A stretch of DNA of 20,000 nt, taken from assembly GCA_000934665.2 (NCBI GenBank), contig JYFJ02002233.1, forward strand, positions 59,344-79,343, written 5' to 3'. The notes beneath the pieces are model-generated. The model was given only the letters and a program-made list of their open reading frames with translations. It did not search any database and was not told the DNA's origin. This document shows, one piece after another, positions 1 to 10,278 of the stretch. Source of the stretch: Catajapyx aquilonaris. Its lineage: Eukaryota. The translations under genes and the position numbers were made by a program. The number at the start of each line of letters is the position of its first letter. Positions within the stretch are counted from its first letter, which is position 1.

Positions 1-1326
1 CATCTCCTTCCCTTGCACCTGGAGGCATTCGTCTTCATTATAACCTCGTGACAGGAGATTGAAGTCGGAAAGAGGTTTGAAATTGGTGGCTGCTGAGAGG
101 AAGGGTGATGGTGGAATTGAGCTTACTAGAGTAGTTTCGGCCCAGACATGACTTCTAAGGAGGATGCCGAATAAGCAAATAGTCCTGCTTATATGGTCAT
201 TCTGTGATGAATTTTTTTTAAAATTGTAGATGGGCTAAATTATGTTCCTATCCCATTAATAGAAGCACAAAGAGTCTACACTTGGCGCCAGAGAGATGCA
301 AAGCCTAGGTTGGCCAATATGTGATGTATTATTTCTGCTTTCATTTGGTATGCAAGGATGCGCACTGCACTAATATTGCGTCGTTTTCAGAATGTGAGTA
401 TCGGGGCCACATGCAGTGTGGGAAGGCGGAACGCGATATGAAAAATAACAGCTCCCCTCAGGCATATGGGAGAAGGAAAAAAATCAGGTGAGCATAAAAC
501 CAGCAGTCTTTTTTTCCTGTCACATTCAGAAATGGAGAAGCAATGTAGATAAACAGTGGTTATTTTGTGTAATTTCTGCATTTGACATTCAGGGTTTGTA
601 ACAAGTTTTCAGAGTCAGAATGAGGCCAGATTTAATTGTGAATTACTGCAATTACATTCGGGTTTTATTTTCGATCTTAAGCATCCAGTTTCAGGTATTT
701 ATTTCAGTTGGAGTGACGTAGGACAGATTGATCTGCTTGTATGCTGGCCACGCTTGGAGATAAACATAATGTACTAATCCCCTATCAGACCTGCATCCAT
801 TAGTAATATGATATGTGCCGCCTACCATGCAATAATCCCGAGTGCATTAGTGCAGTGAATTAAACTGTTGTTTTTGAACCAATGCTGCTGATGCTATATT
901 GCAGTTGGGTTACACGCAAAGGGAAGCAATCCCAGTATCAGATGTCTTTGTGTCGTAAAAACTGCTAGTTCATTCGGTGTCTATCTCCTTTTTTCCAGAC
1001 CAGGATTTGTCTGTGCAGAGGAACTCCTTATCTTCTGTAGTTGGGTAAGGTCAGTTTCTTGTTTTCGTCACATGTCTCTCTGAACTTGACGGTTCGTCCC
1101 ACGCACATCGTGTCGCACAGCACGTGGGCTGAACACCCACAGAGATTTGCCCTTAAAAGCCTTAACGTTTGTACCATGTCACACACAACTGTCTCCTTTT
1201 ACGTATTATCCTGCCACTCACAACATTCCCATCCCCAAACGATCCCATGGGTTGGTAAAATTGTAAGGTAACTAAAATCAGGTTATTTTATACGAAGTGT
1301 CACGAGAAATTCTGATAAACACAGTA

Positions 1327-1435
1327 CTATAACACGCAAAAAGGTTGTCGCACTGTATCCGTGTGGTGTCCGCGACTTTTTGTTTACCGTTCTGCCGCCA
1401 GGGGCGTTATGCGACAACCTTTTTGCGTGTTACAG
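1327..1435. mobile_element. MITE-like non-autonomous DNA transposon (109 bp, 26-bp TIRs, TA flanks; Tc1/mariner-pogo-like architecture)
   Basis: 1327-1352 CTATAACACGCAAAAAGGTTGTCGCA matches the reverse complement of 1410-1435 (CTGTAACACGCAAAAAGGTTGTCGCA) at 25/26 positions. The spacer is 57 nt and non-coding. TA lies directly outside both ends (1325-1326, 1436-1437), as expected for a Tc1/mariner-type target duplication. The inverted repeat is certain; transposon identity is inferred. Confidence 0.62.
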
Positions 1436-2129
1436 TACAAAGTTAGTCGAAACTAAGTTTTTGCTTGATATTTCGATCTCTTATTACATTGTCGAGAACA
1501 ACTGATCAGACCTATTAAAAATCTCATTACAGACTGCCACCTAAGATGATACATATCCAGTTCGCACGTGAACAGATGTAATCATTGCGGTAAAAAAAAC
1601 TGTCCTTTTTCCGTCGATGCCTGCCGTACAGTGTAGTATCCATTACAGGTATCTCACCGCCATTCATGCAGAGGTTACATAACCCAAAATTGCAGAGAAG
1701 CCTCCCCCCCCTTTGCTGAAAGGTCAACGGTCGATACAGCATCTCACCAGACCCAATCACCAAGTCCAAACATGTATCGGCTCATAACCAGTCTATCTCA
1801 CCTCACCAGACGGCTCATTACACCATTTTTTTCTTCTTCTTCTTCCTCCGCCTGATTCCTTCGAGATTTGGCCTAGGGGTGGGCGTGGGTGGACCCCCCC
1901 TCCCCAAAATCTTCACACTGAAGCGACACGACGTCGAGATCCGCCCTGTATCCATAGCAACGGCCCCGGCATCATCAGCATCCCAATTGCCCAGGTGCTG
2001 GTCCCAGGACCCCCCTGAAAACATATGGGGCTGGTTTTTGGGGGGATTGGGACGTCTCTACGGGGGGGAAAAAGTGGCGTCATTGTTACAACCAGGATCA
2101 TAACAATGGTCCAGTCTCATTCGGGCAGG

Positions 2130-2152
2130 TTTTATATACCGGTACTTATATA
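2130..2152. promoter_or_regulatory. Back-to-back TATA-like boxes (possible divergent core promoter)
   Basis: TATAAAA on the minus strand (2136-2130) and TATATA on the plus strand (2147-2152), separated by the palindrome TACCGGTA (2137-2144). ATG-initiated short ORFs begin about 30-35 nt away on each side (2101 minus, 2187 plus). Confidence 0.3.
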
Positions 2153-2186
2153 CATACATAATCGTGGTGCCGGACTATGAATCGAT

Positions 2187-2471
2187 ATGGCAGTGGAAAA
2201 CGAGGACTGCAGCTCACGGCGCAGTGCTTTTGCCACCACCCCACCAGCACCCACCCTGCCCTTTTCCCCCAACACACATTTTTTGGGGGGAGGTGGGCTA
2301 CTGGGCTATTCCATTATGGCTCTGACAGGCGTTCAATTTCTCTTTAACATACATCCATCGCCAGAAGAATGTGCGCGGGAAAGGGGGGGAAAAAAGACGG
2401 ATTTACACAATTTTATGGAACACCCTGTATTATACAGTAACAGTTCGACTGTGATTCCTCAAAACTTTTGA
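2187..2471 (+). CDS. Hypothetical 94-aa ORF, no recognisable homology
   Basis: ATG in good Kozak context (GATATGG), a TATA-like element 35 nt upstream and AATAAA 98 nt after the stop. I recognise no protein motif and the length is within chance range. Confidence 0.2.
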   Translation: MAVENEDCSSRRSAFATTPPAPTLPFSPNTHFLGGGGLLGYSIMALTGVQFLFNIHPSPEECARERGGKKTDLHNFMEHPVLYSNSSTVIPQNF

Positions 2472-2568
2472 GCTTTAAAGAGACAAGGTACAACCCGGTT
2501 ATATTGTTATTTGCTTCCGGGGGAAGGGGTTCCTTTTCGCGAATCCCTTTGTGCCGAAGGTAAACAGC

Positions 2569-2592
2569 AATAAAGAGTTGGAAGTTGTGTTT
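2569..2592 (+). terminator. Candidate polyadenylation signal with downstream GU-rich element
   Basis: AATAAA at 2569-2574 followed by GTTGTGTTT at 2583-2591. Confidence 0.3.
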
Positions 2593-3918
2593 GCACAGGA
2601 AATGACCATTCCCTCCCTCCCTGCTTTTCCCTCTGTCGCGTATAAGTTCGCTTCCTCGACGTTACTCCAAAGTTAGAACTCGAAATGTCACACTTTACAA
2701 AACCCAGTAACTGAATTTTGTGCAAAATAACATGTTTTTTTTGTCCAAACGTGTCAATACCTGCACGAGTTGTCATTTGAATATGATTTCAATATTGGAT
2801 TATTTCATTCAGCATTGGCGCTATTCAGATAACTTTTGAATAGCTTTTTTGTTCCTTAAATCCCTTTTAAAGCTTACATGAATTATACGTGATTGTATTG
2901 ACAGGAGAATACTGGGCTGGAAGGACATTGTGGGAATATGCTAATTAAATCGAGTGCATTATATGACAGGATAGCGCCAAAAAAAATCTCGGATATTCTC
3001 CTGGGCGAAATATAAAATTATTGTTGAAACGCGTGTTTCTCTATGACTAACACACTTTCTTTTAGACTAACCGACAAAAAGCCCCAAAAGCCCTGAACAA
3101 TCATCGTTTCTTTTGCAGAAAAACTACTGCTAAGAGCAAAATTCACAAATGAATTTCTTATAATTAAAGTGCGCCATCAAACGTCCGTGTAATTATGTAA
3201 AGATTGTATGAATGAAAATTACAATTTACGTGAAAACATCTGATTATGCAGAGTCCATTCACTGGTTCTAAAAGGAGATTATCTCCTAATCTGAGTTGAT
3301 ACAACTAGGCCTTTATATTGATATGGTGTGAATACTAGCCGTTGTATGAACAAAAATTAAGAGGAAATATCTTATTAACTCCTGTGAACACAGTGATGGC
3401 ACTTTTTCGTTTGCGTTCCAACTACTGCTATTATTATTTTAAACATTTCATTAACTATAAAACATCTCTGAATCCCGTCCTAATTTAGCAAAAAACACCC
3501 ATCTCAATAATTGCAACTCCCCCTCAAATAAAAATCCGCAATCAACACTCTGACGCGCTATGAGAAATGAACATAACCTCGGGACACTTTGGAGCTAAAA
3601 TATTTTTTTGAAACCATTTTTTTCTCTCCCTTGTTTTTCTGCCCCTCTAGCTGGAAATAATTGGCGAGAAACCACACCGTTCGCAACAATGGTCCGGTTC
3701 ACCTCCTTTTTTTTGCAATCCGTCTTTTAATTACCCATCTGGAGTAGTCGTGCCTGCAAGGGCAATAATTATTGTGAACGGACACTGATCACCTATTATA
3801 GTAGTAGCCCACGGCTTATTACGGAGCCTCATGGAAAAATTCCGCAGTGTCGCCACCGTCTATGCGAGTTTAACATGGGAAAGCGCCACTGCGGCCATTT
3901 CTGTAACTAGTAAATATG

Positions 3919-4090
3919 CGTGGGAAGAGTCTCCAGCCAATCAGGAGGCTCGCCGAGAAGCTACGCTTTGAAAAGCAGCGGCGGCCCCCCGCGGCAGTGG
4001 CAGCACCGTCGCCCGAGTTGGCGAAATAAAAATCCCCTGCAGCGGGCGCCGAGCCGGGCTGGAACCCAGGGCCTCCCGATTAGGATGACG
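3919..4090 (+). promoter_or_regulatory. Promoter-like module at a small GC/CpG-rich island
   Basis: CSL/RBPJ consensus CGTGGGAA (3919-3926), NF-Y consensus AGCCAATCAG (3935-3944) and degenerate TATA-like TTTGAAAAG (3967-3975), followed by a markedly GC-rich stretch to about 4080. Strand is inferred from motif order. Confidence 0.4.
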
Positions 4091-4142
4091 TTGCTCNTCC
4101 GGTGTGCAAATGCATTGATTGCGACAACAACGGATATTTAGA

Positions 4143-4153
4143 CCCCCCCCCCC
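4143..4153. repeat. poly(C) tract, C11
   Basis: Directly visible. Confidence 0.9.
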
Positions 4154-5459
4154 TCCATCACTACCACATTTCTCTCGGGTTTATGGGAGAGAGGGGAAAT
4201 TATAGGCACATGAATCGATCTACGAACTCATAGAATGTGATTCGGCTCAGTGTTCCAGAGGGCAGAGTTTGCAATGCGAACTGCCATTTTCCTGCAACAG
4301 ATGGCAAAGGAGCTTACATGAGAAGGAATTTGGCAAAGTCGGACCCGCCAAATTCGCACGTGGATTTTTGTTTGCAGAATCATGTCTGGCTACTAACACG
4401 ATTTTTAAAAAATGTTAGTTCGGAAGTATTGAATGTTACGTAGTTTAATTCAATCCAGGAGTGAGTGCAGTAGGTGTAAAACGGATTTATTCATAAACTC
4501 CACCAGGTGCATTGGAAGAAATGGACACAATGGAGCAAATTCGGATTCAATATGCAACAAAGAAACCTTTCTGGGCTTTGGATCCATTTGTAATGAGATG
4601 CAAAAGCTCAGGACTCACACCAAATAATGCAAATGTTGCTGTGCTTGACTCCTCAATGTGATACTTCTAATTATTTATTTTCCATACCGTATGTAGACAT
4701 CTTGGGAAGTTTCATCAATTTTAGTGACTGTTCTTATATAGTTTACTTCAAAAGAAATATTTTAAAAGTTTGCCATGGATAATGACAAGGATTAAAGAGG
4801 GTAATTTCCAGCTAAACTTATTAACATTGCACAAAATAATTGCAAAAAAACGCAGAAGAAAATTGCGGTTTATTATCGAAAAATTTGCATAATACAGTGA
4901 TGTCTGATGCTCTCACCTTCCCGAGGAGAAAGCGGAGAACAATTAAGTTTAAGAGACACTTAATACCTGATAATAATGGTGCCGCACTGCGGTTACCAAA
5001 ATGCGACGTCCGGTAATAAAGCTGCAAGGTTGATAAATGCTGGCACAATGTTAAGGTACCCTGTACATGATGAAGCAATAACACTGCACTGCATAAACCC
5101 TCCAGTACTGCATTGGATATAACAATGTATTTTTACTGTCCCATTTCAGGCTAGATAGCTTTACATTGAGTGCAGCACGGTGTGGGCTGTTTTACTGCAA
5201 TAACATTTTTACTAATTTAATAAGCAATACTGAACGTCACAGTTTTTTTGCTACGTTTTCCATTGAATTATTTGTTCGAGTTATGGTACTTTTTATGTCC
5301 AAAATTGCTTTCATACCGCCATGAAAACAGGTACAAATGCTTTAGAAATACAGCCTCATAATCTTCCTCCCTTTATTCCTGACAAATTTTTTGATAGACG
5401 TAAAGAGTGGGTATGAACTCAAACAAAAAAACAACAACATCGCAACCTTCCCTCTGCAG

Positions 5460-5659
5460 CATCTGATAAGAATCCGGGAGTCGAAAATGAAGCTGGGCCC
5501 TGGGAAGTACTAGAGTTTCATTTGGCCTGTCGCATTGTCTCCCAAAGTAGCTGCCTTGATGAGAACCCCGCTATCACTTTCCGCCTGATCACGACTTGCA
5601 TCCAGCCCTCAGCATCACAGAAAGAAGAGGAGAGAAAAAAAAGGATTGAAGAAATGAAG
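5460..5659 (+). other. Candidate 200-nt spliceosomal exon with one fully open frame
   Basis: Acceptor CCTTCCCTCTGCAG ends at 5459 and donor AAG|GTAAAG starts at 5660. The frame from 5462 is open throughout (SDKNPGVENEAGPWEVLEFHLACRIV...EEERKKRIEEMK). No homology recognised. Confidence 0.22.
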
Positions 5660-5664
5660 GTAAA

Positions 5665-5693
5665 GGGGGGGGGGGGGGGAANNNNNGGGGGGG
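5665..5693. repeat. poly(G) tract, G15-AA-N5-G7 (assembly uncertain)
   Basis: Directly visible; contains five Ns. Confidence 0.9.
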
Positions 5694-7134
5694 AAATAAG
5701 AAGAAAAATCTGAGCAGCTGCTTCTCTCAGAGTCAAAACTGGTTATACCTTCAACATGCTCCTCTCATCTCTCTCTTTTTTTTTCGCTGTGTTTTAATGT
5801 CTCCCTCTCGTCCTATCCTTCTTGTCTCCGATCGATATATGACAACTTGATGGAAAAAATTTCTAGACAAAGAAAAAAAAAAGTTTGCTTCTGGAAATAA
5901 CGTCAGTTTTCTGCCCGTGACGCCCATTATAATATCACATCATAGCCACACTATGGAGGGATCGATACCATGTTGATATGTCAGTACAAAATGTGCATGT
6001 ACGATTTGGCAGAAAATGATTGAAAAAAAATGCGTTTGCTTTCTCTCTCCCTCTTGGAAGTGATAAGAAGGAGCGATTCGATCGAGTCTCTCGTTTGAAA
6101 AGATCCTCATCTTGGCCCTTATCTGTCCTCCTCTTTTCCACACCTTCCGAAAAACCCTACAGGTTTAGCCAAACGTGTGTCGAAATCGATTCCGAACGAA
6201 ATTAGGTCGTCTAGACGGAATGGCAATAATAGCGAAAGAGGGGGGAAAAAAGAAAGAAAGAAAATAGCCTATCACGTAAGAGAAGGCGAGAATATCAGAT
6301 GAAAGGCTACTTGGATGAGACACTTAATCCAAGAGGGGTTGGATCCCATTTTGACAAACAACGAGATGACTCCGGAGGACTCCAAACGGCAAATAAGACC
6401 GGACAATCTTTCTGCAACATAGTTTTTTTACTTTTTTTCTTTTAGTTCGTCAGCTAAAAACGGGGGCAATCATACAAAGTTTGGAGAGATGTGGTCCTCT
6501 CACACAAATTGCCGGTCTACTCAAAGTTTATGACCCGGTTTTGACCTCCATCTGGGTCCAAAATCTTGCGGAGTAAACACCGTCGCAATCGGTTTTATCA
6601 GCTGGCAAAAATTGGTCATCGCCAGTGAGAAAACTGCACGTAATCAGCTTGTGGACAGCAAGTCAAACTGTTTGACACAAGTTAGCATGCACCGAGAAGC
6701 TAATAGGATTAATGCTAATCCTCGCAGCAGCTGGAACAATTTTTCATCCGGAGTAAAAGTGGTTGGGGGGGCAATGGAGGGAGAAAAACAGGCGACAGGG
6801 CGAATCCGGAGGCTTAAATAATACGGATCCCTGGACCATTTTGTGTAGTCGTTATTTTATGTGTTAAGTTACGCCTCTTTTCGGGCTGCCAATGTGCAGT
6901 AATGAGAATCAAGGCCCGGTTAATGAAGTTTCTCTTGACAAAATTTGATGTCGTCGGGCAGCTATATTTTCTTCATAATATGGTTAACACGACGAGGTGA
7001 AAGTGAGCGATAAAAGCCTTCTTTTACTTGCCCGGATTTGCCGCTCACAAAAGGTGCCAGGCGATTATTTACTGGTATTAACCTGGAATCAAAGTTGATG
7101 AGGATTTCGGAGAGGATTTTGCGCAATATTTTGC

Positions 7135-7152
7135 AATAATAATAATAATAAT
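7135..7152. repeat. (AAT)6 microsatellite
   Basis: Directly visible; it explains the poly-Tyr and poly-Leu runs in the overlapping minus-strand ORFs. Confidence 0.9.
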
Positions 7153-7275
7153 AAAATTCCGACCGTGACCAACTCCACACTTGTTTTTAAATGACTGCTG
7201 CTCATGTGCTTCAATTTTTTTCGTCGGTTACTTTTCCGTTCCAAGTACCGAATTGCGCATGGTTCACCCCTAGAG

Positions 7276-7304
7276 TGACGTACCAGAGGCAATCGACCAA
7301 TCAG
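7276..7304. promoter_or_regulatory. CRE half-site plus NF-Y CCAAT box
   Basis: TGACGT at 7276-7281 and GACCAATCAG at 7295-7304. The same 10-mer occurs inverted in the promoter-like module at 19968-19977. Confidence 0.35.
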
Positions 7305-8099
7305 ATGTGAGCACCTGGTCGCGCATCTTTCCCTCGGATAGCCCGCGAACCACGAGAGCACTCAAAAGGAGGGATGTGACGAGAGAGATCACGCAACACC
7401 CGCTCTCTCTAGCACATTCTATCTCCTTGTGCGAATTTCCCCATAAACGTTCCTTGCAAATTATTCCGCGAGTGACTACCGAGCTCGCAAAAATTCGTCG
7501 CAAAAATCAGGATGGGGGCCGTCAGATATGCAACCGTCTTCTGCCTGTTGTTCTCGGTCCTTCAGTTAGGTACGTACCATTTGTTAAATTACAACAAATA
7601 GGATTTAAGTGCACTCCTTTTCACACCAGATTTCCTGCCCTCCCCCCCTAATGAATCCTTGCATTATTCAACGTCGCGGATTGAATTTCGCGAACCACGT
7701 TGCAGATTACGTCATTGCCCTCTCTCTGTGTGTCGGCGAGAGAATCCTGTTGCATCGCTCGGGTGAAGGGTCGATTTATCAATGTGGAATGGCTCCCAAT
7801 TACTTACTAAAAGCGGTCCAATTACATTAGAGAGTTATTTGCTGGGTTAGTTGGGGGTGTGTGTGTCATTTTTATGAGATGCCTAAGGTTACGGTGTTTT
7901 TAAGGATTTATTTAGTTTGTAGAAGTAGGAAGGTGATGATTGTTGGATGTGTCGTTCGTAGAAATGCGGTGAAACTTGTCTGCAGCTGTACGTACTGAGC
8001 AATTACCCAAAAATAAGTAAAACTTATCAGAGAATATATCCGGAAACAATAGAAACTTCTCTATGACAAAATATTGCATAATGTGAGTAATTACGAAAA

Positions 8100-9060
8100 T
8101 TCTTACCGCTAAAAACATTTTAAGGGAAGGAACGATATTGCCAGTTTATTAAAAATCCCCAACCCAGATAAACAGAAATTTTGTAATGGGCCAGTAATTT
8201 CTTCAGATTCCTTGTTTTATTGTAATAATAACATCATTTTATTTGTAGGTCGATTGTAGCACTTATCCTAACAATTTCAGCCATTGTTCGTGACAAAACG
8301 TAATATGCGCTCAAGAAAGCTTAATTATACACGATTAATGATTTATTAATCTCTTTACCTATTGTGTTTGATATTTACTGCGGTAAATGGGAGACTATCA
8401 TTAGCGTAAAATATTATACCTCTACATTTCACTATTATCTTTACTTGCATACTTAATTCCCTACAATTGCATTTTAATTTCAGTAATTAATTTTGGAGAA
8501 TACGTGTAAATTGGGCTTATTTATTGTTTCCACTTTGTTCTCTTCAAAAATAATTGCAATATTTTCAATAACTTATGAACAAATAAAACTTAATTTTAGT
8601 GTAATATCATGGCATAATAATTCGTTAATTATGATTCAATTTGACGCATTAATGGCATGCATGTAACGTATGAGACTATCATTTCATAATAGGGCAATTC
8701 TTATTTTATAGCACTCGTTTATCAGTGGTTAATTTTTTACTCTTGGTACCTAAAAAGGGGTAAACTGTATGTTAATGAGTTTCAATTGCCGAAGTTTTAG
8801 CACGGATAATTACTACAGTACTCCAAATATCAGGTGAGAATCGCCAGGCTTCATTCATTAAAATTATGCATACAAAAAAAACGAAAAACGCCACTTTTTC
8901 CTTGCAATTTGTCGTTTTAAAAATTGAAACCCAAAAAATACGGACATTAACGATACGCGTTTCATTTTATGTGTACATCAATATGAAAATACTGGACAGA
9001 AAATAAGTTTTGTTAATTACTCTGTAATATTGTAAATTTGAGGAATTATTATTTAGTAGT
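8100..9060. other. AT-rich block (~1 kb), essentially ORF-free
   Basis: Visibly much lower GC than its flanks, and the ORF track lists nothing between 8118 and 9038. Contains a 12-nt direct repeat GAGACTATCATT (8391-8402, 8672-8683). Boundaries are approximate. Confidence 0.7.
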
Positions 9061-9089
9061 GCACTTCCTTAATCACATTAAGGAAGTGC
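9061..9089. repeat. Perfect inverted repeat, 13-bp arms, 3-nt loop
   Basis: GCACTTCCTTAAT-CAC-ATTAAGGAAGTGC; the arms are exact reverse complements. Confidence 0.9.
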
Positions 9090-10245
9090 TGTCTGCACTA
9101 CTTCACCCTAAATATAATTTCCAAACCGAAAATAAGTTCCTTGCATTTTGCAGGGTTCCTTCACCGCAAAACCCTTTTCAAACTCTCTCCCCCAGTGTTT
9201 TAAGACAAGCAAAGCACAGCCCAGCAGCCGCCTTTTGTTCCATGGCTGCAGGTTCCCCCGGTATTTTACAATCAAATTTCAGCCAAAAGGAGTTATAATA
9301 AATTGCTCGTTTATTTCATCAGGCAACGCCTTTCCTCCAACTTGTCAATAGTAGGCGCATTAATCCCGTTACTTCCTAAAGGAAAATCTCAAACTCGCAA
9401 GATCAGGTCTGACACTATACCCTTTTGCTCTAAATCCTACAGCAGGAATCCTAATTTCGCAGCATAATTAATCACCACCTCATGATGTTAATAATACATG
9501 AAATTAATTGCACCTGTAATTAGCTAAAACCGAAGGCCAGCTGGTTATCTTTCTTTTCCATATACTATTTTCGTTTCAATAATTGCTTGGCTAATTGTTG
9601 CGGTCACCTTTTATCACCTCACACTTTTTTACGGCCACTTGGCTCTAAGCGAGTAGTTTCGATTACAGTTTTTTTTCCCCCACCGTTGAAAATCTGTTTG
9701 GAAAATAATAAAAAATTTGGTATGCATAGCCGGCAGCATCAGCGACAGGCATCCCCCAAAAAACCAATGCATCTTCCTCTCCTGATGAATTATCCAAGTG
9801 CTGGTTCATGGGCTATGCTCATTTTAAATGTCCTTCCACTTTTCAATTATTCACAAGCCTTGTCTCCAATAATGGATTGGTTGTCAGGTTGTCAGTTTCC
9901 ATGTATAATTTCATCCGGTTAACATATGTTTTACGGCCGTGAGTGTAATGTGCGCCGTTTTTTTTTACGACTGCGATTATCATCGGACTGTGCTTGAAAA
10001 TTGCTCATTCACTGGTGTATACCACAACCTGCGCCAAAAATTCGCCAACCTCCAAAAAAAATGCTGGTACAAAAATTATTCGCGGGCCATAAATACCTCC
10101 GTCACATTAGGATTGGCGGAATAGATTGTTTCCAACCCAAAAAATAAAATAAAAATTGAGCCACTGCAGCTCAATCAGGGCTGATTAATATTTCAAACGC
10201 AGTCATTGCATTAATTGCTACAGGCGTGACTTGCGAAAGGATACA

Positions 10246-10278
10246 TACCACCATTTTGTTTACCACCGCTTTGTTTAC
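10246..10278. repeat. 15-bp tandem duplication (2.2 copies) creating two forkhead-type TTGTTTAC sites
   Basis: TACCACCATTTTGTT / TACCACCGCTTTGTT / TAC, 13/15 identical. TTGTTTAC at 10256-10263 and 10271-10278. Confidence 0.7.

Noticed and set aside
1395..1406. CCGCCAGGGGCG, CTCF-like motif inside the MITE-like element
   Set aside because: One base short of the CCRSYAGRKGGCR core spacing.
1560..1567. GTTCGCAC, resembling the herpesvirus origin-binding protein site
   Set aside because: Single site with no inverted partner across an AT-rich spacer.
1521..4599. Two TAATGAGAT motifs (1529-1521 minus, 4591-4599 plus) matching the alphaherpesvirus VP16/Oct-1 TAATGARAT element
   Set aside because: About one is expected by chance in 20 kb and they are 3 kb apart, so they do not indicate herpesvirus origin.
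5057..5065. TACCCTGTA, the 5' end of miR-10
   Set aside because: Only 9 nt match and I see no precursor hairpin.
6709..6720. TTAATGCTAATC, identical to the first 12 nt of miR-155
   Set aside because: The match stops at 12 nt and sits in a tiny AGGATTA-ATGC-TAATCCT hairpin, not on the arm of a precursor-sized stem.
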